Shown here piece after piece: positions 23,886 to 36,294 of a stretch of DNA of 64,000 bases. Within the stretch, counting starts at the first letter, position 1. The number at the start of each line of letters is the position of its first letter. The translations under genes were made by a program, and so were the position numbers. Location: contig NMRA01000011.1 in NCBI GenBank assembly GCA_002633005.1, positions 1,314,555 to 1,378,554 on the forward strand, in the 5' to 3' direction. The notes beneath the pieces are model-generated. The model saw nothing but the letters and a program-made list of their open reading frames with translations, had not been told where the DNA came from and made no database searches. Source of the DNA: Phoronis australis (Eukaryota > Animalia > Phoronida).

Positions 23886-24288
23886 CTACAACATAGATTT
23901 GTGTATTAGACAGTGCTTGAAATCGGAAAAACTCGAATCTTTCCGACTCGAGGTTCCATTCTGGACGAGTTTGGATAAATGCTGGCAGGCGCTGTTCGCT
24001 AACTTAGAGACAGGCACTAAAACATTGATGTTCTGTTCTGTTCTTAGCGAACAATAGATGCCGCTGCGTGCGAAAGTGTTTTCGCCCCTTTTACGTGACT
24101 TAAACTTTTTTTACCAAAATCTGACGCACACTTGCGTGCGGTCGAGGAGCCTTCGCTCTATTTACAAGAATCGTTAAAAATTTTTGACGTGATCGTAGAA
24201 TCGATTATAGAATCTTGGAGTCGACTTCGATTCGAAGCATTTCTTTAGTGACGTCGGCCAGGGCTGTCGAATCGTCGCAACAAAACCT

Positions 24289-24440
24289 GGCGTGCGTTGA
24301 GTAACGCTAAGACCTACGCAAGAACATAGCTTAAATCTGGCCAAAGTCACGTGTTCTCATTTAAAATGCAAGGCAATATATCGTGTAATCTCGCAAAGCC
24401 TTGCTTTTAACGAGGTCCTAGCGTTACTGAACAGGAAGCG
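24289..24440 (+). repeat. Dispersed repeat, copy 1
   Basis: Aligns with 27957-28092 (GGCGTGCGTT...GACCTACGC...GCCAAAG.CACGTGTTCTCATT.AAAAT...TTACTGAAC.GGA.GCGG). Confidence 0.8.
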
Positions 24441-24981
24441 GAACGTAGAACAACAGCGTTCCCCCTGAAAAATCACTTCCTGCGCATTACACTCAGCTCT
24501 CCTGATTAGTAGAGAATTGTTAAGTGATTATGAGCATACGTTTTATAGTTATCGTTGTGAATTTACGAAGTTACTGGCAGTGTTTGCGACTAAACTGCCC
24601 ACTTTATAGTTTTGCAGTTAAGTACAATTGTGCGGCCTATTCACAATGTTCTAACACTGTATCACCTGCTTCAGTAGTTGTATCTGTAACATGAATGATA
24701 TAAACAAAAGAAACCTTTCCTTTGACCTAACGACAACACCAGGCCTACTCAGTACACTAACTAATGGAAGGAAAATATCTACTGTAGGGTGAGAATGGGC
24801 AAGGGATTTATTAACTCGACGATGAGATATAAGTGCGCCAAGGCAAGTGACAACAGAAAATCTAGTTTCTAGTCTCTATCTTGGCCACAAGGATATTCCA
24901 TGCTCGTTTTACCTTTCAGCTCACGATAGGATATGCATTAAAAATAACAAAATTGTCTGAGTTGTAAATGTTCTTGTTTCC

Positions 24982-25560
24982 TCAAAGCGGATTAGTCCAA
25001 GTTCTTGTGAAATTGGCACAACTCTGTGATTTTCTGAAGACACCCGTTGTTTTGGTCAATAGTTGTCCTTTCCCCATCTCCGAGTTTTCTTGGGTCTTTG
25101 GACGTTCAGGAGTCTGCGTCACGCATCGTGAACCACTATTCAGACGAGGTAGTAAAAATTGTTGTCGCTGAGGTGATCCTTTATTTAAAGTCTCTTTCCC
25201 ATTGGGAAATCGTACACTGGTCTCACCGATATTAAACTCTAGATTCACGGGCTTGGCGGAGATTACTGAAACGCTTTCGTCAGCGGCAAAGCTACGTTCT
25301 GCATTTGAAGCGCAAGCAAGCACCGGAACTGACTGATGTCGACGAAGGATTTTAGTGGACTTGACGTCACTAACACGGTATTCGATCTTCGGATAGTTCG
25401 CATTGATTAGAAACCAAGAGGGAACACTTTTACTTGCTGGTTTTCTGTCCGGAAATATGTTGAACGTTTTTGAAGTAAGGGTGCTTGATTTTCCATGTAT
25501 TGGACTAGATGCGGTCTCTCTTTGATCACTCAGTCGCTCAAGTCTTTCGCAACAGTTTAG
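24982..25560 (-). CDS. AGBL2: CCP candidate alternative terminal exon (LNCCERLERL...TWTNPL*), 192 aa
   Basis: ggctttag| acceptor in phase 0; 579 nt open to TGA at 24982-24984; Ser/Thr/Lys-rich. Confidence 0.65.
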   Translation of the reverse strand, partial: LNCCERLERLSDQRETASSPIHGKSSTLTSKTFNIFPDRKPASKSVPSWFLINANYPKIEYRVSDVKSTKILRRHQSVPVLACASNAERSFAADESVSVISAKPVNLEFNIGETSVRFPNGKETLNKGSPQRQQFLLPRLNSGSRCVTQTPERPKTQENSEMGKGQLLTKTTGVFRKSQSCANFTRTWTNPL

Positions 25561-25970
25561 CTAAAGCCAACAGATGCGAGAAACAGAAAGGTGAAAGCGA
25601 TAAGGCAGAAAAGCGACAACATATAAATGTAAAAAAAAATTTCCAGGATTTATTATCAAATACGGCGATACAGGAATATAACTGCAACTTTTGAGCATGA
25701 AAATATAAATAGATTACAATTACTTTTATACGAAACGACAAATTGGCCGCGCTCAACTAAGCAAGGCCAACCGGTCAGAGGTTTGATGGTTTATTGGCGA
25801 CAACCTGAGTAAGTAATGGACCAATCATATGTCGGCCATCTAACAAGGTTTACCAGCGAACTTTCTTTGTTTCAAATGAAGGATTGATCAACATTAACTT
25901 CAATGTAAACAACAGGTTTATCAGATTTGTATCGTGTACCAAGCTGCCCGTCCGTGAAGCAATCTCTTAC

Positions 25971-26024
25971 CTGTTTCCTCGCGTGATTGTTTGATATGTC
26001 GGTACTTTTTAAAGCTGGCAAACT
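25971..26024 (-). CDS. AGBL2: CCP exon (SLPALKSTDISNNHARKQ)
   Basis: ttctttcag| ... CAG|gtaaga, 54 nt, phase 0->0. Confidence 0.75.
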
Positions 26025-26170
26025 CTGAAAGAAGACCACAATGCAGCGCGACACATAGCGATTACACACATAGCATTTCACAAATTCACTTTGCTGGCGA
26101 CAGCAGCATTAGCGTTCATTCAAATACAATTGCCACAGGCGTCTGAATAAATCAAAAGCAACAATTTTAA

Positions 26171-26704
26171 GGTTATGCGGGACCTTATGGACTTGCCTAT
26201 GTATTTAGACAAATGTCTACAAAAATATAGGTTTTAACTCAGTAAAAGTGTATATTTCATGAAAGTCTGTAGAATTTTGATTTGTGATTTTAAACCAGTC
26301 AACTCTTAATTGGTTCTCGAGACCATATTGTTTTAGGAAAATTTAGCAAAAAAGAAAAGAGTATGTCCATAGTAAAACAACTGTATCAATAACATAACCC
26401 AATTTAATTTGGTTTAAATGTTCAAGATAAAATCTCAAAGACGCTGTTACATTTTTCTAAATTATTATTTCCTTTTCGTTTTATGTAACCCGCGATTTTT
26501 TTATAAAAGTTATGAAAGTCCGTCCTAAACCCCCCCATGCAAAAGTAAAATATTATAAAAACAACTACTAACAACGGTTTGGAAAACAGTACGTAAAGAA
26601 TGGTATACGACAGTTTCATACCAATCCGATCAGCTATGTCTGAAATATCAGTGGAGTTCCGAATGTGGCCAAATTTGGACATTTTTCCACGGTCCCACAT
26701 AACC
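26171..26704. mobile_element. Kolobok-type MITE with TTAA TSD, in CCP intron
   Basis: TTAA|GGTTATGCGGGACC ... GGTCCCACATAACC|TTAA (13/14 TIR match). An inverted relative lies at 39982-40458. Confidence 0.88.
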
Positions 26705-26792
26705 TTAAACACATGTACATCTATATGCAACTTTCTCTAATGGACACACTCATCACGCGCAAACAACGCCCGTTGAAGGCGAAATGACCTAC

Positions 26793-26958
26793 TCTGGCAG
26801 AGCTGTTTGAAAACAGTGGTTTTGGCTCATTGGACTTTTTGTCCTGTGTGGACCGCACGCGACTGCCTTCTTTCTTGGTCTTCTTTTTCTTCTTTTTGCG
26901 TTTCACATCCTCCACAATGGGCATTTCCGGTTCCGATTCGCTATCACTGTCACTGGAA
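26793..26958 (-). CDS. AGBL2: CCP exon (acidic Ser stretch plus Lys-rich NLS-like KRKKKKKKTKK)
   Basis: tgaacag| ... AGA|gtaggt, phase 2->0. Confidence 0.8.
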
Positions 26959-27485
26959 CTGTTCAAAGAGTTACACACATATTAGGACTGAACAGTAATC
27001 AACAACAGGCTTATGTCGTGCATTCGATTTGATCTAACAAAGAACGAAACCAGAAGTCACGATACTACTGATCTACATGTTCTGTGCCACTTCACTTTTA
27101 TTCAGTCAATTAACATAACGCTAAATCGTGGTGATCGACCGTCCGGAGTTGGTATATGGTGCAACTCCGGACAGTCTGGGGCCACAGAAAACCACAGTTC
27201 AACTGTGAGTCTACACCAATGTGATAAATGAGAGTAGTTCCACTTGCTGCGACAGCTGCAGGTATGCTTATCTCTTTTATGACACACAATATGTGACTGG
27301 GAAAAGCGTTTTCAAAATGATGTGGATAAATCAGTGGAGTCTGAGACCCCTGATGTCCCTGTCAAGTCCTCACGACAATTCTACGTAATGAGTTAGCAGT
27401 GCATTATCACCTGCTATGCCATTTATGGCAGATAGATTTCCATAAAGTAGTTAAAATCTAAGAAGTGTGTGAAATATCAACTCAC

Positions 27486-27774
27486 TCTGAGCCTTCTGAA
27501 AATGCTTGTCCAATGTTGAGTTGACTTAATAACTCCATGCACCCTTCGATAGTTTCGTTGTTCACATTGTCAAGTAATTTCTCCAAACTGTCAACGTCCG
27601 ACTTTCCAGAGCTTCCTGCCGAGTTCTGACGAGACTGGTCGCTGTCCATTTCACTCAAAACGAGGTCTTGAGATACATGGGATTTTATAGCTTTTGTTTG
27701 TGGTACAGTAGGATATACCTGGTCATCTGAGATTCGACCACTGTCAAGCGAGGTAGAGTCTTCTTTTGTATCAC
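27486..27774 (-). CDS. AGBL2: CCP exon (GDTKEDST...AFSEGS)
   Basis: cgtgcag| ... GA|gtgagt, phase 1->2. Confidence 0.82.
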
Positions 27775-27956
27775 CTGCACGAAAAACTACAAATAGTTCA
27801 TTCATAAATTTACAAGAATATCAACGTAAAACCTAGAATAGACAACGGACGTCATCAAATGTTACAACTGTGGAGTCATCTAAATACATTTACTTCGTAA
27901 ACCAAAATTAGCGTCAGCTCATATGGAACTCCAAACTTTCACGTTAAGTACATGCG

Positions 27957-28092
27957 GGCGTGCGTTCAGTGACAATAGGACCTACGCTAGCCAAAGCCAC
28001 GTGTTCTCATTCAAAATACACGGCAATATCTCATGTAATCCCGCGAAGTCTTGCTTTTTTGCAAGGTCCTAATTTTACTGAACGGGAGGCGG
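27957..28092 (+). repeat. Dispersed repeat, copy 2
   Basis: Aligns with 24289-24440. Confidence 0.8.
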
Positions 28093-28781
28093 GTCTCTTC
28101 TCTATGTTTGGTCTCAAGAACGCAGAGGCTGCTCACTAAGAAGTGCAAGAATGTCTCATCGAAATTTCGTGAGTCTGCTCATATGCAGTTTGGAAAATAG
28201 ACAATTTACTAGCAAAAGAAGCAGAAGAAATTGTCAAAAACTGAAGTGGTCGCTCAGGAATGCTTTTGATGTCCCATATTACAAGATACATGTAAGTTCA
28301 TGCTTAGTTTCGTCTGTTTACACGTCAACGTTCATCAACAAAGAGACATTTTGGATAAATTGCTTATTGATAGCAGCATTTAAATCAAAAATGACTAAAA
28401 GTTGTTAGTTGCGAAATCAAGAGACATGTGTGAACCACGTTCTCTCTCGGAGACGACAGAAGTCTCTCCAAATATCGCCTAATCACGCGCTTTTTACGTT
28501 TTTTGGTAAAGGTAATGCCTACACGTGAAGTGTTACGTCAAAGGCATGAATGTGTCTAATTAAGCTAACAAAGAAAAGTCTGACTGATTAGCTTTCACGT
28601 TCCTATGTTTACATTCTGGTCTATTTACAAAAAAATTCTCATGTCTGCAGATCGCTCACCCTAGATAGCTACACTACCACTCAATTTATATTGTCGCAAT
28701 ACATAGAGATTGATAGCCGATATTGCTTAGCAGAAGAATGGACGTTCTTGTTTACCACTCAATATGGTTGATAATGTTTAC

Positions 28782-28999
28782 CAGTAGTATGAGATTTCTT
28801 CTCCTCATTTCCATTTTCGACGACACCCTTAGACGCCCTGTCCGACAGAATCTGTTGTGTGATTTCTTTTGTCAAGTCCAAGATGACCTCAGACTCTTTT
28901 TCTTTGTTTTGCCTGGTTATGCTATACTCGTGGATGACCTCGGCCAGACTTCTTCCCATCTCTTCCAAGTCCATAGTGGTAAAATGACGAGCCGCTTCG
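28782..28999 (-). CDS. AGBL2: CCP exon (EAARHFTTMDLEEMGRSLAEVIHEY..., end of catalytic domain)
   Basis: ctttgtag| ... G|gtaaac, phase 2->1; HF...DLE.MG helix of CCPs. Confidence 0.88.
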
Positions 29000-29381
29000 C
29001 TACAAAGACAAGCAAGCGATTAGATGACTGGAATTCTCAATGAAAACATCTTTTCAACCACCGGGTTGGGTTGGCAAGAAATATTCGTAGCTTATAATAC
29101 GGGAATGGCTGCGCGAAACTGGTGTCGACTGTTGGGGGGCGGTGGTGTTGACGGGAGGAGGGGCGAGGCGGAAGTGGTGGCGATGCTAGGGAGATTAGAA
29201 ACTGGCCGGTGGCCACTGGGAAGTAGCGGAGCAAATGTGAAACTGGTGCTGACCGAGGCTATCGCCAAACGCCCCCTAACGAAACTCTTCACGCTTACTC
29301 ACCCATACTAATGGCACAAACTACTTAAAAAACTGTACAACTCTAAACATTGTACGTAAGACGGTATAACCGGTAACTCAC

Positions 29382-29527
29382 TTGCATATGGTCGTCCCTG
29401 AGAAAGTAGCTTCCAAAGTAAAACTTTGTGCAATGTTGAACTGACGCCACATAACGACGCGACCAGTCGACTCTTTGCACCTTTTGATGTGGAATCGACA
29501 ACTATTGAAGGAAAACTTTTCTGGAGC
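29382..29527 (-). CDS. AGBL2: CCP exon with catalytic Glu (KESTGRVV...SFTLEATFSG)
   Basis: ttcacag| ... AA|gtgagt, phase 0->2. Confidence 0.93.
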
Positions 29528-30037
29528 CTGTGAAAGAAAAAAACACATGTCCAAGTGAAGGTAACTGAGAGGCAAATAAACCAACCATGCAAGGCCAAGA
29601 AGGTCTCGAGAGCAGTAGCATTGAACAACACTATAGATTCTGATTGGCGTATCACTCTTAAACCAAGTTTAACGCGCAGTCCTCACAGGACCCAGTAACA
29701 GCACCAAGGACCCAGTAACAGGGCCGACTCACTTCCAGAAACAATCCTCTAGCCACGTGGCTATCATTACAGTAGGTAACGCCGCCTCGGCCTTTGCAAC
29801 CAACCATGTAATAACTTCCCCTTAAAGAGAACGCCGACTCCATAATTACTGATCAATGTATCTCAACACCAACATCACAATTAGAACGATAACAATGTAC
29901 TGAAAATTTGCAAGACTTATTTCTCGAAAAGTGTCGGTACCCCGCAACAGCTAAAGTTACTGGTAAAAGTTGTCTGACTGACACAATGTCACATAGTATC
30001 AAAACACAGTTCTCGAAACACTGGGAGTTAAATTTGT

Positions 30038-30346
30038 ATCTGCATTTCGCCCTGTTCAGCCAATAAAAAATGAAATCAACTTAATCTCTTCCTCACGTAA
30101 GGTCGCTCTCAAAATATTCGTTACAGTGCTAGGCTTCCCGCGCAATTTCGAATTCGCAATTTTAGGATTGGCCATGTACAATAAACTGTGAAGCGTTTTC
30201 TGGAGTCGCTGATTGTTTTGATGTTTTGTGTGGTAACGGAAATAGAATTCTATTACCGTAAGGAACAAAATGAGAACGATTTTATGAGCTTAAAAGATCT
30301 AATTCCGTCGATCTTTTTAAGCACATAAACATGGCGAAATACAACT
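30038..30346. mobile_element. Diverged copy of the MITE at 17996
   Basis: Shares GAA.CGTTTTCT.GAGTCGCTGAT.GTTTTG.TGT and TGGTAACGGAAAT.GAAT. Ends ATCTGCATTTCGCC / GGCGAAATACAACT. Confidence 0.7.
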
Positions 30347-30497
30347 TGAAATATCCGAAATCATTGATAAACTAATGTTTAAACTTATCATAAGGTGAAC
30401 TAAAATTACACTATATTGTTATTTTCTGTTTTCTGATGTTGGTTTTGATTTCGTGAAAGAGAATTATAAAAGTACAAGCATGGCGGGACGTTCTTAC

Positions 30498-30641
30498 CCT
30501 TAAAGACATGAGGTAAGGAATGATGCGATCAGCCAGGAATTCTTTGACATTTTTGCCACTTAAACTATCGGGCGAACTACAGCCGTACATAAACACATTC
30601 TGTTTACGGCTATGGCCATGCATATCACAGTAGAAAATAAT
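30498..30641 (-). CDS. AGBL2: CCP exon with third Zn ligand (YCDMHGHSRKQNVFMYGC)
   Basis: cttccag| ... AGG|gtaaga, phase 0->0. Confidence 0.94.
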
Positions 30642-31304
30642 CTGGAAGAGAAATTGGCATAAGTTTATTGACATATGACACCGCATTTTACACGATATTG
30701 TAAACATGAAATTAAATTTATCTGTATCACTCTCATTCAAAACAAAATTTCAGTCGAAAATATGACATATTAAGCAGCGTTGTTCCATATCTTGATTCAT
30801 TTGCAGCAAAGGACGGTATCTCTACAGTCCTTTGCCAACAAAACGGAATGTGAAAATATCCCATCAACAAACACATATTAAACGGAAGCGGTGCGTTTTC
30901 AATGGGTGTAGGCCAACAGCAGAGAATTAAAATCTTTTTGTTCAAAAGTACCGTAACTGTAACAGGACAGGAATTATTTTTTTTTTCAAGATGTTCTCTT
31001 CTCGTTACAATAGAAAGTGTATCGACGAAGTATGTAAGCCTATCAATAGGAAAAATAATGTCTACCAGAAAATAGTACGGAGGATTCACGATAGATGAGC
31101 AGAAAAATCATGCGAGTTGCTCTCTCGACAATTGTACCAAGCTAGCTGTTGGGTCAAGCACTGATGCTACTGTGCAATGCAAGTGCTTGATAACCCGAAG
31201 ACCACCGAGTTAAGGTGGCCAAATCTGTGAGTTAGTCAGTAAACAATATAAATGCCGCTGAACCGTTGGATAATGGAAGCGACTCCTTAAACGCAAGTTG
31301 ATAC

Positions 31305-31618
31305 CTCGTGGTTTTCCGCTAACTTTTCCATAAAGTCTTTCGTACACCAGACACTGGGGAAACTCTCTTTCTTCGGATGGCGGTAGTTCCGATTCAAATC
31401 TCTACATTGTAGAGAGCACCGATAGTTCCCGACAATCACACCGTCGGGATTTAACATGGGCACGACTTTGAAAATAAAATTGTCCCTGAGTTCTTTGGCC
31501 ACCTCATTATCGCTGACGAGGAAGTCGACAAATCCTTTCATCATCCAGCTGGCGTTAGACTCCCCAGGGTGAACGCGACCAGTCACGATTATGACTTTCT
31601 TTTCCACATCCGGATTTT
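31305..31618 (-). CDS. AGBL2: CCP exon with HxxE Zn ligands ([11 protein letters not shown]...[15 protein letters not shown]...DLNRNY)
   Basis: ttgacag| ... GAG|gtatca, phase 1->0. Confidence 0.95.
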
Positions 31619-31787
31619 CTGTCAAAATTGACGTTCATATAATAAAACAAGTTTGTGGTAACTAATATCACATCTAACAAAGGAAAACATGAGAAATAAA
31701 TTGTACTTGAATTCCTTATTTCCGTAAATACTTTCTTGCGTGCAACGAAGGTCTTAAAACCAAATGCAACATCTGTCCAGATTATTG

Positions 31788-31907
31788 ATATTATTATTAT
31801 TGTCATCATGATCATGATCATCATCGTCATCATCATCGTCGTTGTCGTCGTCATCACCATCATCATCACCATCATCATCATCATCATCATCATCATCGTC
31901 GTCGTCG

Positions 31908-31938
<31 letters not shown>

Positions 31939-32004
31939 TACCGTCATTATTTATCATTATCATCATTATTATTGTTATTATTATCACTATTATTATCATT
32001 GTTG

Positions 32005-32035
<31 letters not shown>

Positions 32036-32036
32036 G
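31788..32036. repeat. Compound trinucleotide microsatellite (ATC/GTC/ATT)n, intronic
   Basis: About 250 bp of ATT, ATC and GTC runs; source of the poly-M/D/I/S ORFs in the track. Confidence 0.95.
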
Positions 32037-32256
32037 ATTTCATAATCAGCTGCACGTACAACGAACTGTTTACGTCTACGAGGAGTGTAGATAAATAGAA
32101 CCTTCTACTATATCGTTGCATGTAAGAACAAGAAGCTTTGATACATTATCATGTCACCGACATGGTTGATGTAAGCATTTGATGCAACGTCTAGATCAAC
32201 ATTTATGTAATACTCCGAGTCAAACTCTGTAGTTTATTTCTGTCGAACGAACTTAC

Positions 32257-32440
32257 CGAAATTTGTAATGGTCAATAGGAAGCAGCTATTTCCGACTTTG
32301 GTTTCGCACATGACCTCTCGTACAATGTACTTCCGGCGGTCACTATTGGCAAGTATGGCATCTAAGTCGTCCCGGAGATCAGTGAAAGTATACGGGTAAC
32401 AATGAGCAAAATAGCACGTGTCATCGGCGTACTGGAACTC
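32257..32440 (-). CDS. AGBL2: CCP exon (EFQYADDTCYFAHCYPYTFTDL...LLTITNF)
   Basis: ttttag| ... G|gtaagt, phase 0->1; YPYT motif. Not in the ORF track. Confidence 0.93.
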
Positions 32441-32691
32441 CTAAAAATTAAAAAGTCATTCTACAATAAATTATTAAAAAGAGGCGGCGGGGAGAAACGG
32501 TGTAGCTGTGTCACTTAATGAACCTGTTAAAATCTTAAAACCAACTGAGTGTACACTTTTATGTTTCTAAAGCAGCGGCTTGTCAATAAGTTCTCAGCCG
32601 TTAACGGTCCTTCAAATAAGACATGCTTTTGAATGTAATTGAAACATGAGCAGAGAACAAGTCTAATAAATCACGCTAACAAAATGCCTAC

Positions 32692-32849
32692 CACTTGAAA
32701 TTCGAGTTCATAGTACGTCATCTCCCTCAACAACAGAGGGCAGGTCAGGTGTTGTGTATTGCGAGCGTAACTGATGTGGTGACCCTTTCGTACCCAGCCT
32801 ATTCCGCGTCTGGTTGCATCCTTCTCGGAGTATACTAACGGTTGCATAC
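32692..32849 (-). CDS. AGBL2: CCP exon (GMQPLVYSEKDA...GWVRKG...YYELEFQV)
   Basis: ttttag| ... GTG|gtaggc, phase 1->0. Confidence 0.9.
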
Positions 32850-33518
32850 CTAAAACATTTACATACAATAAAACACAGAACTTGCCGAGATGTTCGATTG
32901 CATGGAGACACAACCTATTAGTGGGAATAATTCTTGTAAAATATTGTTGCGAAATTTCTGGGATTCTTAGAAACATTGGAACGCACGTTGTACTCGTGTC
33001 GGTGCGTATACTGCACAAAGGCGTCATTTATTATATTTATTTATTATAGTGTCTTAAGGGTGCCAGTAAATACAATATCAAAGACAGAATATTCACCACA
33101 CCCCCCAGCCTCACTGGGCTTACTCAGTCACCTAATAATAATTAAATCATTACATAACATATTGCACAAGCTCAAATATGACCACTTCAGACTAGTTAAT
33201 AAACAAAACAATTACTTCTAAACTGCAAAGCGTCTTCAATGAATTTCGCTAGACCTTTCAAGTTATTTTGAAATATTTGAGGTAGGGCAGGATCTCGTAT
33301 ACAGTATGGTCGAATGTGAGTATATTTTTCACAATGAAATGAACTTCATCTTCAATTTCGTTTTTACAAACACGACAAATTCGCTCATTCACAGGAATTC
33401 CGAAGTCATAATGATAACTGTCGCCAGAAGCAAACTAACAAACAATTTTTATTTCCTTACTTATTGAAATTCAAACACTTAAAGCAAGTCAGTGTTTTGG
33501 AAATGAAGGGATTTTGCA

Positions 33519-33583
33519 ACAGAATTTTCATGTTTCTCAGTCTCTGTGATTTCAATTATAGATAAGAAACATGAAAATTCTGT
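33519..33583. repeat. Perfect 19-bp inverted repeat (hairpin), intronic
   Basis: ACAGAATTTTCATGTTTCT (33519-33537) / AGAAACATGAAAATTCTGT (33565-33583). Confidence 0.8.
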
Positions 33584-33969
33584 CCTCGTTGAATCAACTT
33601 GTAGCGCCACCTATGAACACTACTGCTTAGTGGTGCATGTTATGAGGTAAAACCCTGCGTTTTGGTTCTTTATACGGCCGGTAAGCATTCTTTGAACGGG
33701 ATGATTCACCACCGCTAACTGGAAAAATGTGAGTGTGGAATTTGGGATTTTGGCTTGGCCTAATATTAAACGCTGCGTGGGACATCACTATTTGCAGCTC
33801 AATTTTTTTCGAGAGGTGTATAAGACTAGCTATAAGCTCATAGCTTTTCAAAGCTATAAGATATGATATCAGATAAAATATCAACCAATTGCGTTTATCA
33901 ACTAAATGTCCCCACAATAACGAAGATAACGCCTGCCAGGGCAACCTCAACAGATGAGGATTAACATAC

Positions 33970-34124
33970 CATGGTTGTATAAGCTGTCTTTTTTCAATAA
34001 GTTGACGATGCGGAACTTATAGATAATTCCGGGTTGTGTGTTCTGCACCCGGAAGTAGTACCACTGGGTATGTCGCTTGGTGTAAAGGTCGGTTTGCAAT
34101 ACCAGTTCATATTCATACTGACCA
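33970..34124 (-). CDS. AGBL2: CCP exon ([23 protein letters not shown]...KKDSLYNH)
   Basis: ttttag| ... G|gtatgt, phase 2->1. Confidence 0.94.
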
Positions 34125-36104
34125 CTAAAAAGAAACAAACACACATAAAACATTAATATTATTTTTATAGAACACCACCACTGCAAAGAGAGTTCTATGA
34201 AGAGCGTTCTTTTTAGATTGCGAAGTATAAAGTAAAACAAAATACGAGAATGATATACCGTCTCTTGTACTCGAGAATACAAATTCATTCACAGCAGGAA
34301 AGACCACGGGTGTTGCTCTTTAAAAGAAAGCACATTATTTCCTTATTGGGAACGAGCACAAGGATCAATGCGTTGTGCTCTCGTGGGACATTAATGTACG
34401 TGTATTAATTACCAATATCTGCACCAGCAGGTACTATTCATCTCCATGACTACAAGAGCGGTTTTTCAATGCAGTGACGCTTCATTTTACAGTATGTTCA
34501 AAACATTCAACACTTTCTTTTACCTCTCAAGAAAACATGTGCTATGCTTTTCGTGGTGCCCAATAATCCGACGGTATCTATAAAATCCCTTCGATTGCAA
34601 AAACAACTTTTGACTTAGAGCACTTACCATTGTGAAACTGGTCTCTATTTTTTTCCTTAGCCATGCAAATCAGAGGTAATGACAAGACTTCGAAAGTACT
34701 GATATTTCGCTATTGCTTGAGACCAGGCTTGTCACGGTGCGTCATTAGTTTATGCGCCAAGCAAGGTCTCATGAATAACGAACTGCCAGTTCTATTTAAA
34801 CCCAGAAATCACTTCTCATATCGGGTGAAAATACGAGATGACACCAATTTTAGTGGTCTAAATCAAAAGTTCGTTTCTTGGAAGGAACGCTGGTTTACTA
34901 GTAGCACTTTAAAACATATTTTCAAACGGTCACAAATCTACATGATGAAATCTTATCGATGAAATGGATCAAACGGAGCAACTCTGACGACAAGATGCAC
35001 GCGTTGTCAAAATATAGTCATACTTTTCAGCAATTCGGAATCTAACCTCAACCACCTCAAAATGTAAATAACGTCTCCCAGTGTGTTTGAGAGAAACGTT
35101 TCTCTAACCATTTTTGGTCGAGTATCTTCAAAATATAAATCTGTTGTCCTCACTAATTTTTACACAAATAACGTTGTGCATAATTCGTTCCAAATGCACA
35201 AGTGTACATTGATTCAGCCGCGTTCAGCTGCCGTCTGATGAGAAGTCAGATCAGACTTCTTATCCGCCGTCTGAATCAAAATATATGTAAACACTCGTCA
35301 AACGCTGTTCTGAATTCACATCAACCGCCACCTTGATTAAAAGACTTTTCATTTTGTTCACAGACTTTTCAACAGATGGTAAGAAAAGCAGCAAGTTCAG
35401 TGACGTATGTTCAGCCACACAAAACCCAGTGACAACTGCACAGCTGTGGTTCAACCATCGTGATCTCACGTGACTGGTCAGAATGTTAGGAATTTGAAAT
35501 GTTGTCGTTAATTACTAGTAAGGTGCCTAATAAGGAGATTTTATGAACACTCTTTTTATGCAACTGATCTGCATTCTGATTAGACGTTCCGCATGAATCT
35601 GTCTTCACACCACTGAATGCAGTGCCAATGTCGAACGTGAAAGGCTGAATAATGTTAATGGTCAATCAGATACCAATTTATTTAAAATTTTGCTTTTCAG
35701 CCTATTGCAAATGACTCCAGTATTGATTCTTAAAACAGGTTGTCCTTTTTTACATATAATGTTACTTAAATTAGTTTAGTTATACCGAAAATGACGACCA
35801 TTACCTCATGTGTGTACATTGCATTTTCTTAGAGTCTACAAAGCAGCACCGTTTACGTCCAGAGAGTCAAAATATGAAATAGTTGCGGCATTTTTGACGC
35901 CCAACGTCACGACTTTTGCTACGTTCTAGAAACATCTTTAACCAACGTGACGTCATGAGTTTCGGATTAGCGGACTGTCGTTAAATCATAACTTTTAATG
36001 CCTTTGTAACCCACATTAAAAAGTAAATCTCATTTTACAATATAACCAGCAGCCATCTGCATTTCACACGAAAACGTAACATAGCCGTCGATCAAGATAC
36101 TCAC

Positions 36105-36294
36105 ACTCTTCGAGCCTGTTGTAAGTTGCCGGACTCAAACCTAGACTCGAACCTGAGGCTCGGGCAACATTCCTCCGATACAGGCGGCGGAGTGTAGTCT
36201 CTCGAGCTCTTGCTGGCGTCGTAAACAATAGCAACTCCCCGCCATTTTCCCTTATATTGCGTGACTTGGTTGTCGTAAAATATACCACCAGGAA
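36105..36294 (-). CDS. AGBL2: CCP exon (…LRFESRFESGNLQQARRV)
   Basis: tttccag| ... GT|gtgagt, phase 1->2; FESGNL hallmark of the CCP N-domain. Confidence 0.93.

Noticed and set aside
31555-32098. Poly-Met/Asp/Ile/Ser ORFs
   Set aside because: Translations of an intronic trinucleotide microsatellite; flanking CCP exons splice across it in phase.
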